A stretch of 64,000 nt of DNA from Rhina ancylostomus (lineage: Eukaryota), in NCBI GenBank assembly GCA_030265395.1, contig JARFYF010000056.1, positions 20,292,119 through 20,356,118 on the forward strand, written 5' to 3'. A model generated the notes under the pieces. It ran no database searches. It saw only the letters and a program-made list of their open reading frames with translations, and was not told where the DNA came from. Each line of letters opens with the position of its first letter. The first letter of the stretch is position 1. Positions 37,776 through 51,059 of the stretch are shown piece after piece. A program made the position numbers and the translations under genes.

Positions 37776-40700
37776 CACAGCAGCTGTATGCTTGTACTGA
37801 CCTGGTCTGGATGTGGAGGTCACTCTCCCTGACCCAAGGTAAACCATAGTCCAGCAGGGTGGTCTGAGCAGACAGATGGAAGAACCCCTATCACCTGAAT
37901 GCCCTTTGACCTTCAACAGCTGGCAAGCCCTGCCTCCAGCTTTGGCAGCCCTCAAAACCATCAAGGTAATTTAGAAATATTTAAAATATTAAAAGTTAAA
38001 GATTTGTTCCAAATTCTAAAATGTTAAATTAGCTAAAAAAGCCTAAAAGCACTTAGAGATAATTAAAAAGACATTGAACTATAACAAAATTATTAAAGTA
38101 AAGCAACTTACTTTCCCCTTTTGCTTCATAGCTTCAGCTCTACAATTCCCTTTGGAATCAATAGGGCCCCAGCTCCAATGCCAGATTTAACCCAGTGCAG
38201 GATCTAAGAGAAGATTTCCCAGCTTAAGTGCTGGGGTTTCCTGATGAAACTGAGCTTCATCCCTGCGGCAGAGTGAATGGACAATTGATATTCCCAGTCC
38301 ATAAATTCAGGAATACCGCAAGTGCATGGAAGTTTCAGTGCATGGAAGTTCATTTAAACTGGTAAATGACAAGAGTCGTGTTTGGAAAGGTTGGCTTTGA
38401 CCAGTAAGATCCAGATCAATACATCTGAGCAAGCTATAGCTGATCAACATAAAAATGATTCTGCTAATTGGTACCAGAGAAAAATGACTTCCGTTCCTCT
38501 GAAAGTATTCCTCATTTTGATGACCTCAGAAAAACATCTGAAACTATAAAATACTCTGACTATAGAAAAACAAGATCTTTTTATCCAAAGGATAAATTTT
38601 GTTTATGCTGAAGGAATATATTCAGCTTTCTTGCCTAAACCTGTGACCAGTAGCCAGTTCCTCCTTCTTAAAAAATATCCCCAGTGGAAGTGGGGTCTAA
38701 CACATTAGCTTCAGATTACGCAAACATAATTCCAAAGACATTCAGGGATCCATGTACACAGATCATTAAAAATGTCATGGAAAATAAGCAGAAAGGTCAA
38801 AGGAGTTCCAGCCTGTGCATCTGGAATGTGAAAGGGCAGAAGTTATGCAGCGGCTCTCTTAGGGACTGGAAGATATCTGGTGCTTTGTGTCCAGTCTCTC
38901 CACCTCAATATGAATATATATTTGTCTGGGGGAGAATGCATTCTGATATTACCAGTATAATACCTAGACTCTAAGAGTTAACCTTTGAGTGGAGGATACT
39001 CAAATTAGGGTCATTTGGAAGATTTGGAGGTGATTTGAATCAAATTTCACAAGGGAGAAAGGGGAACTGAAAGAATTGACGGTGCTAAACTATTATCGTC
39101 AGTTGATGTACTGTATGTATTGATAATGATGATGTAATTAATAACATCATGGTTATGTGGACAGCAGCTAGTGTTTGGAGTAAAACAGTGAATGAGCTGC
39201 TTCATCTACCCTCCTGAATCCTGGGGTACTCTTCACTGTGGTTTCACCAGGAACCAGAATGAACAGCTGGAGACAAGGGAAATATCCTCAAAATCAGAGC
39301 TCGGTTTGGAAGCCTTTTCACAGGCAAAGATTGGTGGAAGGTTGCAAGTTAATGTTAGGTGAACTGCTGACTTTATTTCTGAGATTGATAGACTTTTGGT
39401 CATTGAAGACAATGGGACTGATCATGCTGAGTCCGTCCCCACCCCTTGCCTAGAATCACCACCGTGATCAGGAGGCCCTACCCCATGGGTCTTCTGCATT
39501 CTGAAGTGTGGACTGGTCAGTGACAAGGCCTCAGGCAATGCAGCACAGAAGCTCACCCTCCTCCCAACAAAATGCCCTGCCAACTTTGGACTGCTGCCAA
39601 AGGTGGGGGCAGGACTTGACCAACTGTGAAGTTTGTAGGTGACTACAAAAGTTTCCAAATGTCTCTGACAATCATCCTTATTTGTGCTTCAGTGTCCAAG
39701 AATGTCATTTTCCTTTACTCATTAAACAGAGGTGAGGGCAAAAAAACCCACAATGTTAATGCCTTTATATGTGACATAAAATTATGTTGTATTAAAGCAG
39801 AAAGAGTCCCGTTAACTTAGATCCACCTATCTCCCATTCTACCTGAATCAGCCTATTTTCTTTGTCCCCTTTCACTTATCCAGCTTGTGCTAAAGCTCCT
39901 CTGCTTTTCACTTCATTTATTACATGTGTCAGGAAACGATGCACAAAGGAGGCAGATAAGCAGAAAAATAAGAATGTGCACAAGATGGTAAACATCCTGC
40001 ACGATTATTCTATCTGAGTAGGCACAAGACAAGGAATGAGCCACCTGCCAATCCCAGAAAATCAAGGCAAAGTTAATGACTTTGATATTAAAGAGAGGAA
40101 GTATCTTGGCAAGTTAACCAGTAGATAGTATTTATCCTAGAGCACAAATTGTGTCGTGAGAGGTAATTTGTGAAGCCCTGAAATCATTAGGTGGGATCAG
40201 TCAACAGTGCAAAAACATGAATAGAACAAAATAGACCAGAGTGGAACTAGAAGCAAAAAGACGGTGTAATTGGGCACAAATAATTATAAAACTATTGGTG
40301 TTACTTTTAACATGTGCAAAATAATGGACTAAATTAAAATGGATTTGACCTGCCTCCCAGATACACAGCCTAGGGTTTCTGCCTGTTGACATTTATCTGG
40401 CCCAAGTGTTATCCACCACCATCTCATGATAATGCAACAAGTGCAAATGTTAAGCATTTATTTCCATGTTAGCAAGATGGAGGACAATGACATTGCAGGC
40501 ATGGATGTAGTTCAGGAATACTTTTCTTACATCACTTACCAACAACCCACATAGTGTGACAAGGAGTGCATTAGTTAAAGAAAGGACAACTGCCAGGGAC
40601 AGCATAATGCAGCACTCTCATGCCCTATGGGGAAGGGTGGGCATCTAGGAAGGCAGAGCAAAGCCTCGGCAACAAGAAGACCTCAGCCAATGTACCAAGG

Positions 40701-41224
40701 AGACTAGCCCCAGCACAGGAAGCAAGGCTGGCGGCATTTTCACAGTTTTAAATCATGTCCAGTGACATTTAAAATATTTTATAATTACTTTAAATAATTA
40801 AAAATATTAAAATTGCATAAGACATTAAAATAGTAAAAACTGATTTAGTACTTTAAAAATGTAAGAAATAAATAACATATTTTCTCCAAATTTCTAGGCC
40901 AGTCAACTCCATTCTAATAAACAGGGATTTCAGTCCCATTTAGGATCACAGAGATGGATTGTCCAGTGGACACTGCCTTGGACTGCCTATGGAGATAGCA
41001 ATGAAACATCTGCCACTCAGTCTGTTCAGAATTTCAGCCTGTCCATGGGATGTACTGACTGGAACCCCTTCAGAACTGCCAGACATAGCCACCCTGCTTT
41101 AGCTCAGTGGATTCCATCATCGGGAGTAAATAAGAGCATTATCTGTGGCATATTAACCATGGAAATTATAATCAATTAACGTTTCAGATATGCAACTCTT
41201 CAGTAGAACGAGGAATGAGAAAGA

Positions 41225-41335
41225 GTTTTTCTCTCTTTTCCAGTTCTGATGCAGAGTCTCTGACCTGAAAGGTTACCTGTTCCTCTTTCCACAGAAGCTG
41301 TCTGACCTGCTTTGTGTTTCCAGCATTTGTATTTT
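41225..41335 (+). mobile_element. Penelope-derived short repeat with hammerhead-like core
   Basis: cagttCTGATGCagagtctctgacctGAAAggttacctg...ctgacctgct...ccagcattt. Confidence 0.7.
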
Positions 41336-41499
41336 TTTTGATGATCATTTGAAGTATGATCAACATAGATTGAAAAGATCTTTGAGGGGTGCATCAACAG
41401 TGGGCTGTGACAAGCATTGTTGTATATTAAACTTAAGATTCCAAAGGAGCATTAATAATATGCCATATTAAACCCCATTAGTTAAATTTAGAGCTGTGG

Positions 41500-42340
41500 G
41501 AATTCAGGGAAAACCTTGGATTTGGACAGAAACCAATTGAAGGGTGAAAAATAGTGGTACTTTAACAGAACTAACCATGGCACGTGGAGAAGATATAATG
41601 GTTCTTCAGTAACAGCGACTATATTTCCAACTTTTGTGTCCACGGTACCAGTGTGATCAGAAGAGACATGCTTATAATTATAAATTGGGTTGGTCAAAAT
41701 CTACAAGAAAGGAGAATGATGGTGGAACATATTTACCCAAAATATGGAAGAAACACAGATTAGAAAGAAAAGTATATGACCCAAATACTCAGTCAAAGTT
41801 GTTCGCATGGCCAATGAAGAAATTAGGAATTTTGAACTTTGAGATTCAACATATCCAATGAATGTAAAGTGCCAATCATTAATATTGAAATATATATCCA
41901 AAACTGGGAAGTAGGCCACCGAAAGTCCTACTTAAACAGAATAATGCTGTGGTCAGACCACACAAGTGCACTTTCCCATTCTGGTTACCAAAACAAATGG
42001 AAGATATTCAATCATATTGTAGAGAAGCATCATGAGCTTATCCCAAATGGTAAAGATTTGAGCAATGAAAATACCTGTTTTTTTTGCAGACTTCACAGGA
42101 ATCATCTGAGAAAGGAATTAATCAAGTTTTTAAAGAAAAGGAAAATCTGGAAAACTGAATGATTGCAAGGAGACACGGTTCAAATGAGCAAAATGCAAAC
42201 TTAGAACAAGATATTAGGAGCTTCAGAGCAATCAAATGTAGACTGGCCTACTGGATAATAGAATGGCAGTTAAATTCTGACAAACTTCAAGACCAACTGA
42301 ATACTCCTGGTGCACAGTTTTAGACAAAGTGACGAAAGAC
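41500..42340 (+). mobile_element. CR1 LINE, heavily decayed
   Basis: Degenerate ORF2 C-terminal segments (WSDHTSALSHSG, HLRKELIKFLK) in CR1 order. Confidence 0.5.
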
Positions 42341-44569
42341 AGGTCCAAACCAGATTTCTTATCCGTTAATAGTCCATAGTCTTCTGATAATTTATATACT
42401 TATCCTCAATTTGTAATTTTNNNNNNNNNNNNNNNNNNNNNNNNNNNNNNNNNNNNNNNNNNNNNNNNNNNNNNNNNNNNNNNNNNNNNNNNNNNNNNNN
42501 NNNNNNNNNNNNNNNNNNNNATTTTGTTTCTTTTTCTTCTTTTCCTGTATATGTATATTTACTACATTTGTTAAATCGGATCCTGAAATGTAAGACCATT
42601 TAACAAACATTTTCCTAATTTGTTCCTTCCCTATTTCCTCTTCATTCACAGACCAGCTGCTCATATTCTCTACTACTCAGGTCTATTCTTTAGGTGATGG
42701 CTATATAAATGCATCACACTTCAGTCAAGTATGTACAGCACTGTGCCATCCTTTATGTCTTTGGGCTGAATTCACAATTTCAAGGAGTCAGCTGATCATG
42801 TTGCTCTGAATAAATATTTGGATATTCTAGTTTTCTGAAAGGACTGAGAGCAGATAATGGTGTTGAAAGCCAAAATAAAATTCACATTTATGAAGTAATT
42901 GGAGTATTTCAGGATTGTGGCTCCTGCCACATTCTCCAGAGCAATCAGTAATGGCCAATAAATACCCACAACCCAAAAATTAAATTAGAAGTAAAAAGTT
43001 CTCATTCCCATCTTCTGCCTTAAAAATGGTGACACAAATGTCTCTTGTGAGGTGACTCTCGATTAAGCTTGCAAATTACAAGTTCCCTGACAATGTAGGA
43101 AAAATAACGATTGAACTGGTCACTGAAAGTTTAGCACATCGCATCACAATATTCAAGAAATGGAAAAATTCTTTTTGCTTAAATATTCCTAGAAAGTGCC
43201 ACGTGTATAGAGTTGAATATCTCAACCACAAGTGCACTATTATGCTCTCTGAGAAGTAACAACACATTTATTTTTACTTTCTTGCCATGGAATGATCACA
43301 AAAATTACAATATCAATCTGCTTGTTCAACAAAACTCGCCATTTGTTCTATGGTTAGAAAGGGATGCAAACTCTGCACCATAGCCAGCCTATACTTGCTG
43401 CCAGCAGTGGGAAATTAGTAATTACCTCTCCATTGTGTCTCCATTTGGGGTTAAAGAGAACCAGAGAAATAAAGTAACGTTGACACAGAAATTCAGATAT
43501 ACTGTTGGACGTTCCCCAGATTGTCTTAATTTCATCAGGGCCACCGTTGCCCAATCTGAGCTGGGCCTGCCCAAATGATGTCTATTTCCTTATGTTATCA
43601 TCTGCTCCAATTATGAATTAAGCCATTCATTTCCCACTCCCACATTCTAATATCCAGAAATGGGTCTGCATTGAGAAGCAGCTTGAGTATCATTATTAAT
43701 GGCTCAAGCTGCTTCCCAACACTGACCCATTTCTGGATATTAGAAAACTTGATAACTAAATCCTTCAAGTCGGTTCTGTCATTCACTTAGATCAGAGCTG
43801 ATTTGCAATGGGATTGAAAATTACTTTTAATACCTTCACCATGTTTGTAGAATAGCAAAATTCACAATTTGCCTCAAGTATTTACGCAAGAAATACTGGT
43901 GAGTTCCAAGGACTACTGGACCGAACTGCCTATTTGACCATAAACATCAGTATTCAGTAAACTCAAAGGAACAGGACACAATTGCCACANNNNNNNNNNN
44001 NNTTGATACACCAAACCTACCAGCATTCTCTGAGTTACTTTGCAGAAGTTGTAACAAGGTGCAGTTCCCAAAGGGCTGACTAAGTAAGAACACTAGCTCT
44101 GCCATCAGTCTTGTTGTGTAATGGATAGTCTCAGTAATTGGTTGATATAAATGCAACTCCTTACTTCCCTTGTTCACCCTTCCAACTAAGTGAACTAACA
44201 AAAAATGAGGCTGAAATTTTGATTGTCAGTTTGAATCTGAATTAAAAGAGAAGTCTGAGTTGGACAGAAATTATCCATGTGATTGTGGATTGTGGATCAC
44301 TCCAACACTTTTAAACTAAGATAAAAAGCACTTTTAAAAAATAAAGGCAACTCGAAGTAAAAATTAAATAGATTTACGGAGACAAAAGAAAAGAACTATT
44401 TTAAGGTGGAAAAGTTCTCAAAATGATTCGGTGAATTTTAACTCAGAATGAAATTCAGAAAATTTGTCTGATGTCTGAATGATGCCCAACTTGAGGAAAC
44501 TGGTTGGTAGTTTTTAGTGAAGGGATTCCTGCTTGAATAACAAATAGGTGTTAGCTTCTGTAGGATGTG

Positions 44570-44675
44570 CACATCAACCTGAATCATTAACTCTTTCTTT
44601 CTCCACAGATGCTGTCTTACCTGGTGAGTATTTCCAGCATTTTCTATTTCTATTTCAGGTTTCAGATCTGTAGTG
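44570..44675 (+). mobile_element. Penelope-derived short repeat
   Basis: ctctttctttctccacagatgctg...gagtatttccagcattttct. Confidence 0.65.
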
Positions 44676-45337
44676 TTTTTTTTATTTTCATAGTCTTTAT
44701 ACTTAACCTGCCAAACGTTCTTAAACAAAGAACACACTATTGTCCAGCTCCCTACTGATGTCAAATTGTTTGCATGCACCCATGCATTTACAAAGATATG
44801 CCATAGAATCAGTTAGAATATTTTCAGAGTCCCAGGTGTTGTCCGGGTGATGTGATCTTTGATGTGATAATATGAATAAAAAGGGTGCTTACACAAGACA
44901 TTGATTAACTTGTAATGGTGCTGTCCTTGCCCATGCCAGCTTGCTTTCCATTCCCTCCAAGTCAAGGTAAGTGAATGGGTACAGTTTGTTCCAGGGTGGT
45001 ATTTGGATGCAGGTTACTGGGGTTGTTTACCTTCTATTTTGCACAAGGTAAAACAACCTTTCAGTGTACACATTTGACTAAGAGATTAATGAAATTATTT
45101 TACCCTGTTTTACAAGTAGAATAAAAACACCCTCACAGCATTCACTTAAAATAAAACAGCATCTCACACTCATCCAATGTTGCCACTGAGTATAAAGGAA
45201 TCATGTTGACATCTCAGCGCATTGTCACCATGTGTAAACCGAGATAACTACTACACTTAACATCTTGGACTGCTGAGCGTTGCAATTCTGCCCTGTTCTG
45301 CTCAGTTGACAAGTGGGAAGCAGACATCATCTGGTCA

Positions 45338-46980
45338 AAGAGTCACAGAGCAATACAGCACGGACACAGACCCTTCAGCCCAACAAATCCATGGCAATCA
45401 TTGTGTTCACCCATCTAGTCCCAATTTCCTGCATTCTGCGCATATCCCCCTAACCCACACCCCTCCATGTACCCATGCTTCTTAAATGATACTATTGTAC
45501 CTGCCTCAACCTCTTCCTCTCCAGCTTGTTCCATATACTCAACACCTTCTGTGTGAAAAAGTTGTCCCTCAATTCCTTTTTAAATTTTTCCCCTCTCAGC
45601 CTAAACCTCTGCCTCCTAGTTTTGGATTCCCCTGCCCTGGGGGAAAGACTGCTGCCACCCACCTTATCTATGCCCCTCATGAATTTATAAATTTCTATAA
45701 GGTCCCCTCTCATCCTCCTATGCTCCAAGGAATAAAGACCTCACCTGGCCAACCTCTCCCTATTAACTGAGGCCCTCTAGTCCTGGCAACATCCTCATAA
45801 ATCTTTTCTTCACTTTTTCCAGTTTAACCACGTCTTTCATCTAACGGGTGACCAAAACTGTACAACGATGTATACAACTGTAACATGAGGTCCCAACTAC
45901 TATACTCAATGCCCTGACTGATGAAGTGTGCTAAATGCCTTTTTCACCACTGTGTCTACCTGTGACACCACTTTCAACGAACTATGCACTTGTACTCCTA
46001 GGTCACTGTGCTCCAATACACTCCCTAGTGCCCTAGCATTCATAGTATAAGTCCTACGCTGGTTTGACTTTCCAAAATGCATCACCTCACTCTAATCTGT
46101 ATTGAAATCTATTTGCCACTCCTCAGCCCACTTCCCTAATTAATCAAGATCCCCGTGTAATCTACGATAACCTCCTTCACTATCAACAATACCTTCTAAT
46201 TTCGTGTCATCTGCAAACTTACTGATCAAGCCTTGTGCACCTGCATCCCAATCATTTGTATAAATAACAAATAACAAGGGTCTCAACACTGACCCGTGTC
46301 ACACCACTCTTCATCGGCCTCCATTCCGAGAAACAACCTTCAACCACCACCCTCTGCTTCCTACCTCTGAGCCAATTTTGAATCCACCTAACCAGCCCTC
46401 CCTGGATTCCATGGGACCCAACCTTCCAGACCAGCCTGCTGTGCGGGACCATGTCGAAGTCCTTGCTAAAATCCAAATAGACAACATCCACTGCCCTCCC
46501 CTCATTTATCATTTTGGTTACCTCTTCACAGAAGTCTAAAAGGTCCATCAAGCACGACTTTCCACGCACAAAGCCACCACTGACTCCTTCCAATCAGACT
46601 CTGTCCATCCAAATGCTGGTAGATCCTGTGTTCCCTCCAGTAACCTCCCCACCACTGATATCAGGCCAACTGGCCCGTAGTTCCCTGGCTTGTCCTTGCT
46701 ACCGTACTTAAGCAACATGAGCCACCTTCCAGTCTTCAGGAACTTCACCAGTGGCTGACGATGAAGCAAATATCTCCACAAGGGCCTCTGTAATTTCTTC
46801 TCTAGCCTCCAACAAAGTCCAAGGATGGACTCAGTCAGGCCCTGGGGATCTATCCACCTTAATGCTCTGGAAGGCTGCCAATACCTCCTCCCTGGTAATA
46901 TGAATGTCCTCCAGAACATCTCCACTTCTTTCCCTTGTCTCTTGAGCAACCTCAGTAAAGACTGAGGAGAAATAATCTTC
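45338..46980 (-). mobile_element. CR1 LINE, young, 5'-truncated (RT domain and 3' tail)
   Basis: GSKDKPGNYGPVGL, GFVRGKSCL...AVDVVYLDFSKDFD...WIQNWL...QRVVVEG, KFADDTK (~46200-46220), RRMRGDLIEIYK...FFTQKV; frameshifted. Confidence 0.95.
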
Positions 46981-47248
46981 AGCAGCCTGACTGAAGACCA
47001 GATGTTTCTCTTTTTGCCTTTGGTTTTGGACTTTTGCAACATGCCTGCACTAGGTTTTTATTCCTTCCTCCAGTACTTTGAATAACCCTGAAGACCTTCA
47101 CAGGAGCTTCACTCTGGCACACATCACTGGGCCTCAGGACAGCACAGGGACATTCCTGACAACGGTTTTAACCGCAGGCATTCTTTCTGAGCGGAACCTT
47201 TGTCTTGAACCTTGAAGACTGTCTAGAAAACAAAATACAGTGTTTTAC

Positions 47249-47302
47249 CTTCAGTCCTTTTTTCCCTCTTAGTCCTCTTGCTCCTGCTTTTCCTCTCCTG
47301 CC
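47249..47302 (-). CDS. Collagen triple-helix exon (54 bp, phase 0): GRRGKAGARGLRGKKGLK
   Basis: Minus strand reads ...ctcttctctcttctag|GGC AGG AGA GGA AAA GCA GGA GCA AGA GGA CTA AGA GGG AAA AAA GGA CTG AAG|gtaaaa. Six Gly-X-Y triplets with a strong polypyrimidine tract; follows the previous exon after a 105-bp intron (47303-47407). Confidence 0.93.
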
Positions 47303-47407
47303 CTAGAAGAGAGAAGAGAATGCCCCCAGAATATTAATTGTTAATGCGCTACAACATGTTTCATCAGGGAAATTTGTTTGAAAGTGGGAAGAACTATAGG
47401 CACACAC

Positions 47408-47461
47408 CGCTCTTCCTGGATTCCCTGGGTTTCCTGGAACTCCGTCAATCCCATAATCACC
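47408..47461 (-). CDS. Collagen triple-helix exon (54 bp, phase 0): GDYGIDGVPGNPGNPGRA
   Basis: Minus strand reads ...ctatttcag|GGT GAT TAT GGG ATT GAC GGA GTT CCA GGA AAC CCA GGG AAT CCA GGA AGA GCG|gtgtgt. Six perfect Gly-X-Y triplets, canonical AG/GT, canonical 54-bp collagen exon size. Confidence 0.93.
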
Positions 47462-48169
47462 CTGAAATAGAAATATGAATAACATTAACCACAGCTGGGA
47501 GAATACTGGAGCTGTAACAGCACGGAAAGGGAATGTTCACCCCACTAGCTCCTGCCACTGGAATCTTACTGATCCCCTCGCACAGCTGGATCAGGACTGA
47601 GAGGGAACGGCTGCCAGTGGATGCGCGATGGTAAATCCAGATGTTTACATCAGCATTTCACTTCTATGTCTTTGTTTTACTTGTATTATTGTCATTCCAG
47701 ATTGTTCCATTTATTCCCCTTGCAATGTTAAGCTTGGAGCCTTTATCATGAGTGAATTGGAGTGTACAACACGGCCCTCGCCACCCAGTGGAAGTCCCTG
47801 CTCCTGCTCAGCCAGTGGGAGCAGAACATCTCCTTGGGTTTCTGGTGCAGCGGGAGCAAGGTTCGGAGCTAGAACGGCAGCTGGTTAGGTCAGATTTTGG
47901 AGGTGCTGGCATCTGCTTCAGGGGACAGTGGAGGAGTTCCTCAACCATCTAAGCTGCAACAGACGGACTTAAGGAGACTCGAGACAAGGAAACACGAACT
48001 GTCTGCACCAGGTTCACAATCATCCCTCTTACATCATTGTTTGGAATGGTTTGCCTCAAACACCTTTGCTGGATTCATGTCTAAAAGGGACACCATTCAA
48101 TGGCTGATTTGACTTAAGTCTTGGCTCCACTTTCCTGCCTGTTCTCCATAACCCTCAGCTCTATCATAA

Positions 48170-50090
48170 ATAGAACATAGAACACTGCAGCACAGTACAG
48201 GCCCTTCAGCCCACAATGTTGTGCCGACATTTTATCCTGCTCTAAGNNNNNNNNNNNNNNNNNNNNNNNNNNNNNNNNNNNNNNNNNNNNNNNNNNNNNN
48301 NNNNNNNNNNNNNNNNNNNNNNNNNNNNNNNNNNNNNNNNNNNNNNGGCCTCCATTCCGAGAAACAACCTTCAACCACCACCCTCTGCTTCCTACCTCTG
48401 AGCCAATTTTGAATCCACCTAACTAGCTCTCCCTGGATTCCATGGGATCTAACCTTCTAGACCAGCCTGCCATGTGGGACCTTGAAGGTCTGGCTAAAGC
48501 CCAAATAGACAACATCCACTGCCCTACCCTCATCTTGCTTTTCGGTTACCTCTTCAAAAAACTCTAAAAGATTACGTCGAGCCTGACTTTCCACACACAA
48601 ACCCATGCTGACTCCTCCTAATCAGACTCTGTCTATCCAAATGCTGGTAGATCCTGTCTGTCAGAATTCCCTCCAGTAACTTCCCCACCACTGATGTCAG
48701 GCTGACCAACCTATAGTTCCCTGGCTTGTCCTTGCTACCTTTCTTAAACAACAGGACAACATTAGCCACCTTCCATTCATCGGGAACTTCACCGGTGGCT
48801 AACGATGAAGCAAATATCTCTGCAAGAGCCTCCATAATTTCTTCTCTAGCTTCCCACAAAGTCCAAGGATGCACTCAGTCAGGCCCTGGGGACTGCTGTA
48901 AGGCTACAAACAGCTCCTTCCTGATAATATGAATGTTCTCCAAAAGATCTCTACTTGTTCCCCTTATCTCCTGAGCAACCATGATTTTCTCCTCAGTAAA
49001 CACTGAGAAAAAATATTCATTAACAATCCCACCCACCTCCTACGGCTCAAGACATAGGCGACCCTGCAAATCTCTAAGGGGACTTTCTTTCTCCCTAGCC
49101 TGTCACAATGTTGATCTGAGCAAACTCACAGAGAACCCAAATGCGGCACACTGATACAAGACTGGAGTCAGGATANNNNNNNNNNNNNNNNNNNNNNNNN
49201 NNNNNNNNNNNNNNNNNNNNNNNNNNNNNNNNNNNNNNNNNNNNNNNNNNNNNNNNNNNNNNNNNNNNNNNNNNNNNNNNNNNNNNNNNNNNNNNNNNNN
49301 NNNNNNNNNNNNNNNNNNNNNNNNNNNNNNNNNNNNNNNNNNNNNNNNNNNNNNNNNNNNNNNNNNNNNNNNNNNNNNNNNNNNNNNNNNNNNNNNNNNN
49401 NNNNNNNNNNNNNNNNNNNNNNNNNNNNNNNNNNNNNNNNNNNNNNNNNNNNNNNNNNNNNNNNNNNNNNNNNNNNNNNNNNNNNNNNNNNNNNNNNNNN
49501 NNNNNNNNNNNNNNNNNNNNNNNNNNNNNNNNNNNNNNNNNNNNNNNNNNNNNNNNNNNNNNNNNNNNNNNNNNNNNNNNNNNNNNNNNNNNNNNNNNNN
49601 NNNNNNNNNNNNNNNNNNNNNNNNNNNNNNNNNNNNNNNNATTGCACCCTCCCAAGTAGGGCCCTCTATATATTGACTCAGGAAACTTTCCTGGACACAT
49701 TTCACAAATTCTATCCCGTCCAGGCCCTTAGCACTCTGGGTAGTTCGGTCAATGCCAGAGAAATTAAAATCTCCCACAAATACAACCCTATTATTCTTAC
49801 AAATATGAGCAATTATTCTACACATCTGCTCCTCAAGTTCCCGCTGACTACTGGGGGGTCTATAATACAGCCCCACAAGAGTCATCCCTTCTTGTTTTGA
49901 AGTTCTACCCATTTGGCCTCACTGGGTGATCCCCCCAAGAATGTCACCTCTAAGCACTGCTGTTATGTCCTCCCTTATCAAAAAGGCAACATCCCCTCCT
50001 TCTTACCTGTACCTCTGTCACGCTCATAGCATCTGTATCCTGGAATATTGAGCTGCCAGTCCTCCCCTTCTCTCAGCCGTGTTTCTATTC
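48170..50090 (-). mobile_element. CR1 LINE, young, with endonuclease and RT N-terminal parts; gapped
   Basis: GLYYRPP...VGDFNF...CVQESFLSQY (APE endonuclease); VPDEWKVANVVLLFKKGSKDKPGNYRLVSLTSVVGKLLE...SQHGF; 3' tail at 48170-48246. Confidence 0.93.
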
Positions 50091-51059
50091 CAACGCAGAT
50101 CTAACACAGATATCTGATCAGCAAACCCATCAACTGATAGCACTCCCTCTCTCCTGCCTTCTGTGGTCTTGTGGTTCACCCCTGGCTTGTATGTTTGTTT
50201 TAATGTTGTCGACCTTGGCTGTTGCCAGAAGAATGGCTTGAGCTACTATTGGTTATCCAGATTTGTTGGAGACAAAAGCCCTTGAAGAAATATAATGGAG
50301 GGAAAGATGGGTGTAGAGGGGGATGGGTGGTGGTGGAGAAAATTATAAATAACAATTATCACCGTCTTAAAGATTAAGGTTAAAAATTTTCTGGATTGCT
50401 TTAAATTGCTGAGACCAAAATGAAAGGGTTTTATAAAGACGTATTAATCTAACACTTACTCTTACACTGCTTGAAACATTCCAAATACAACATANNNNNN
50501 NNNNNNNNNNNNNNNNNNNNNNNNNNNNNNNNNNNNNNNNNNNNGTTCCAGTACTTCAACAAGTGAGTTTGTTAAGCTTGAGGTACTTTGGAAAAAAATT
50601 ATATTGATCAAATTGGGATGTGCTCCCGATGAGGAGATCCTGATTCAAAAGCCATTCGCAACAGACATTGATAATTAGACTTCTCCAGATGGTGAATCTG
50701 CAGTCTGAGCCAAGGATATCTGTTTGTAGACAGAAGAAATGCAATGAAATAAATACCCTCCTGCATTATTTAAGTATGTCTCTTGGTCAAGTAGAGACTC
50801 TGAAGGATATTTAGGTTGTGATGTTTTCAGGATGAATCAAGGACAGGGTAAATGTTTAGAGAGAGGGCAAAGAGAATAAAATATAAAATTGGAGTGGGCT
50901 TCTGCATGGGTCTGAAGGTGGTCAGTATTCAGAAGTAATTTTATCCTCAAACAAATTGCGTATGATGATTATTAATTCCTGCATAATTATTATTCTATTT
51001 TCTTTCCAAGAGTTTTAAAACACAGATGTTACTGGCCTTTATTAAATATGGCTTAGATA

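Larger units (their letters stand above)
1..47248 (-). other. Inferred large intron (or downstream region) of the collagen gene
   Basis: Begins with the GT donor of exon 47249-47302. No further Gly-X-Y or C-propeptide exon found by eye in 47 kb; several N gaps. Confidence 0.45.

Noticed and set aside
49095-49912. Longest ORFs in the track (159-269 aa)
   Set aside because: Length comes from N runs; the real part is CR1 endonuclease. The same applies to X-filled ORFs at 3.1, 6.0, 7.4, 42.4 and 52.9 kb.
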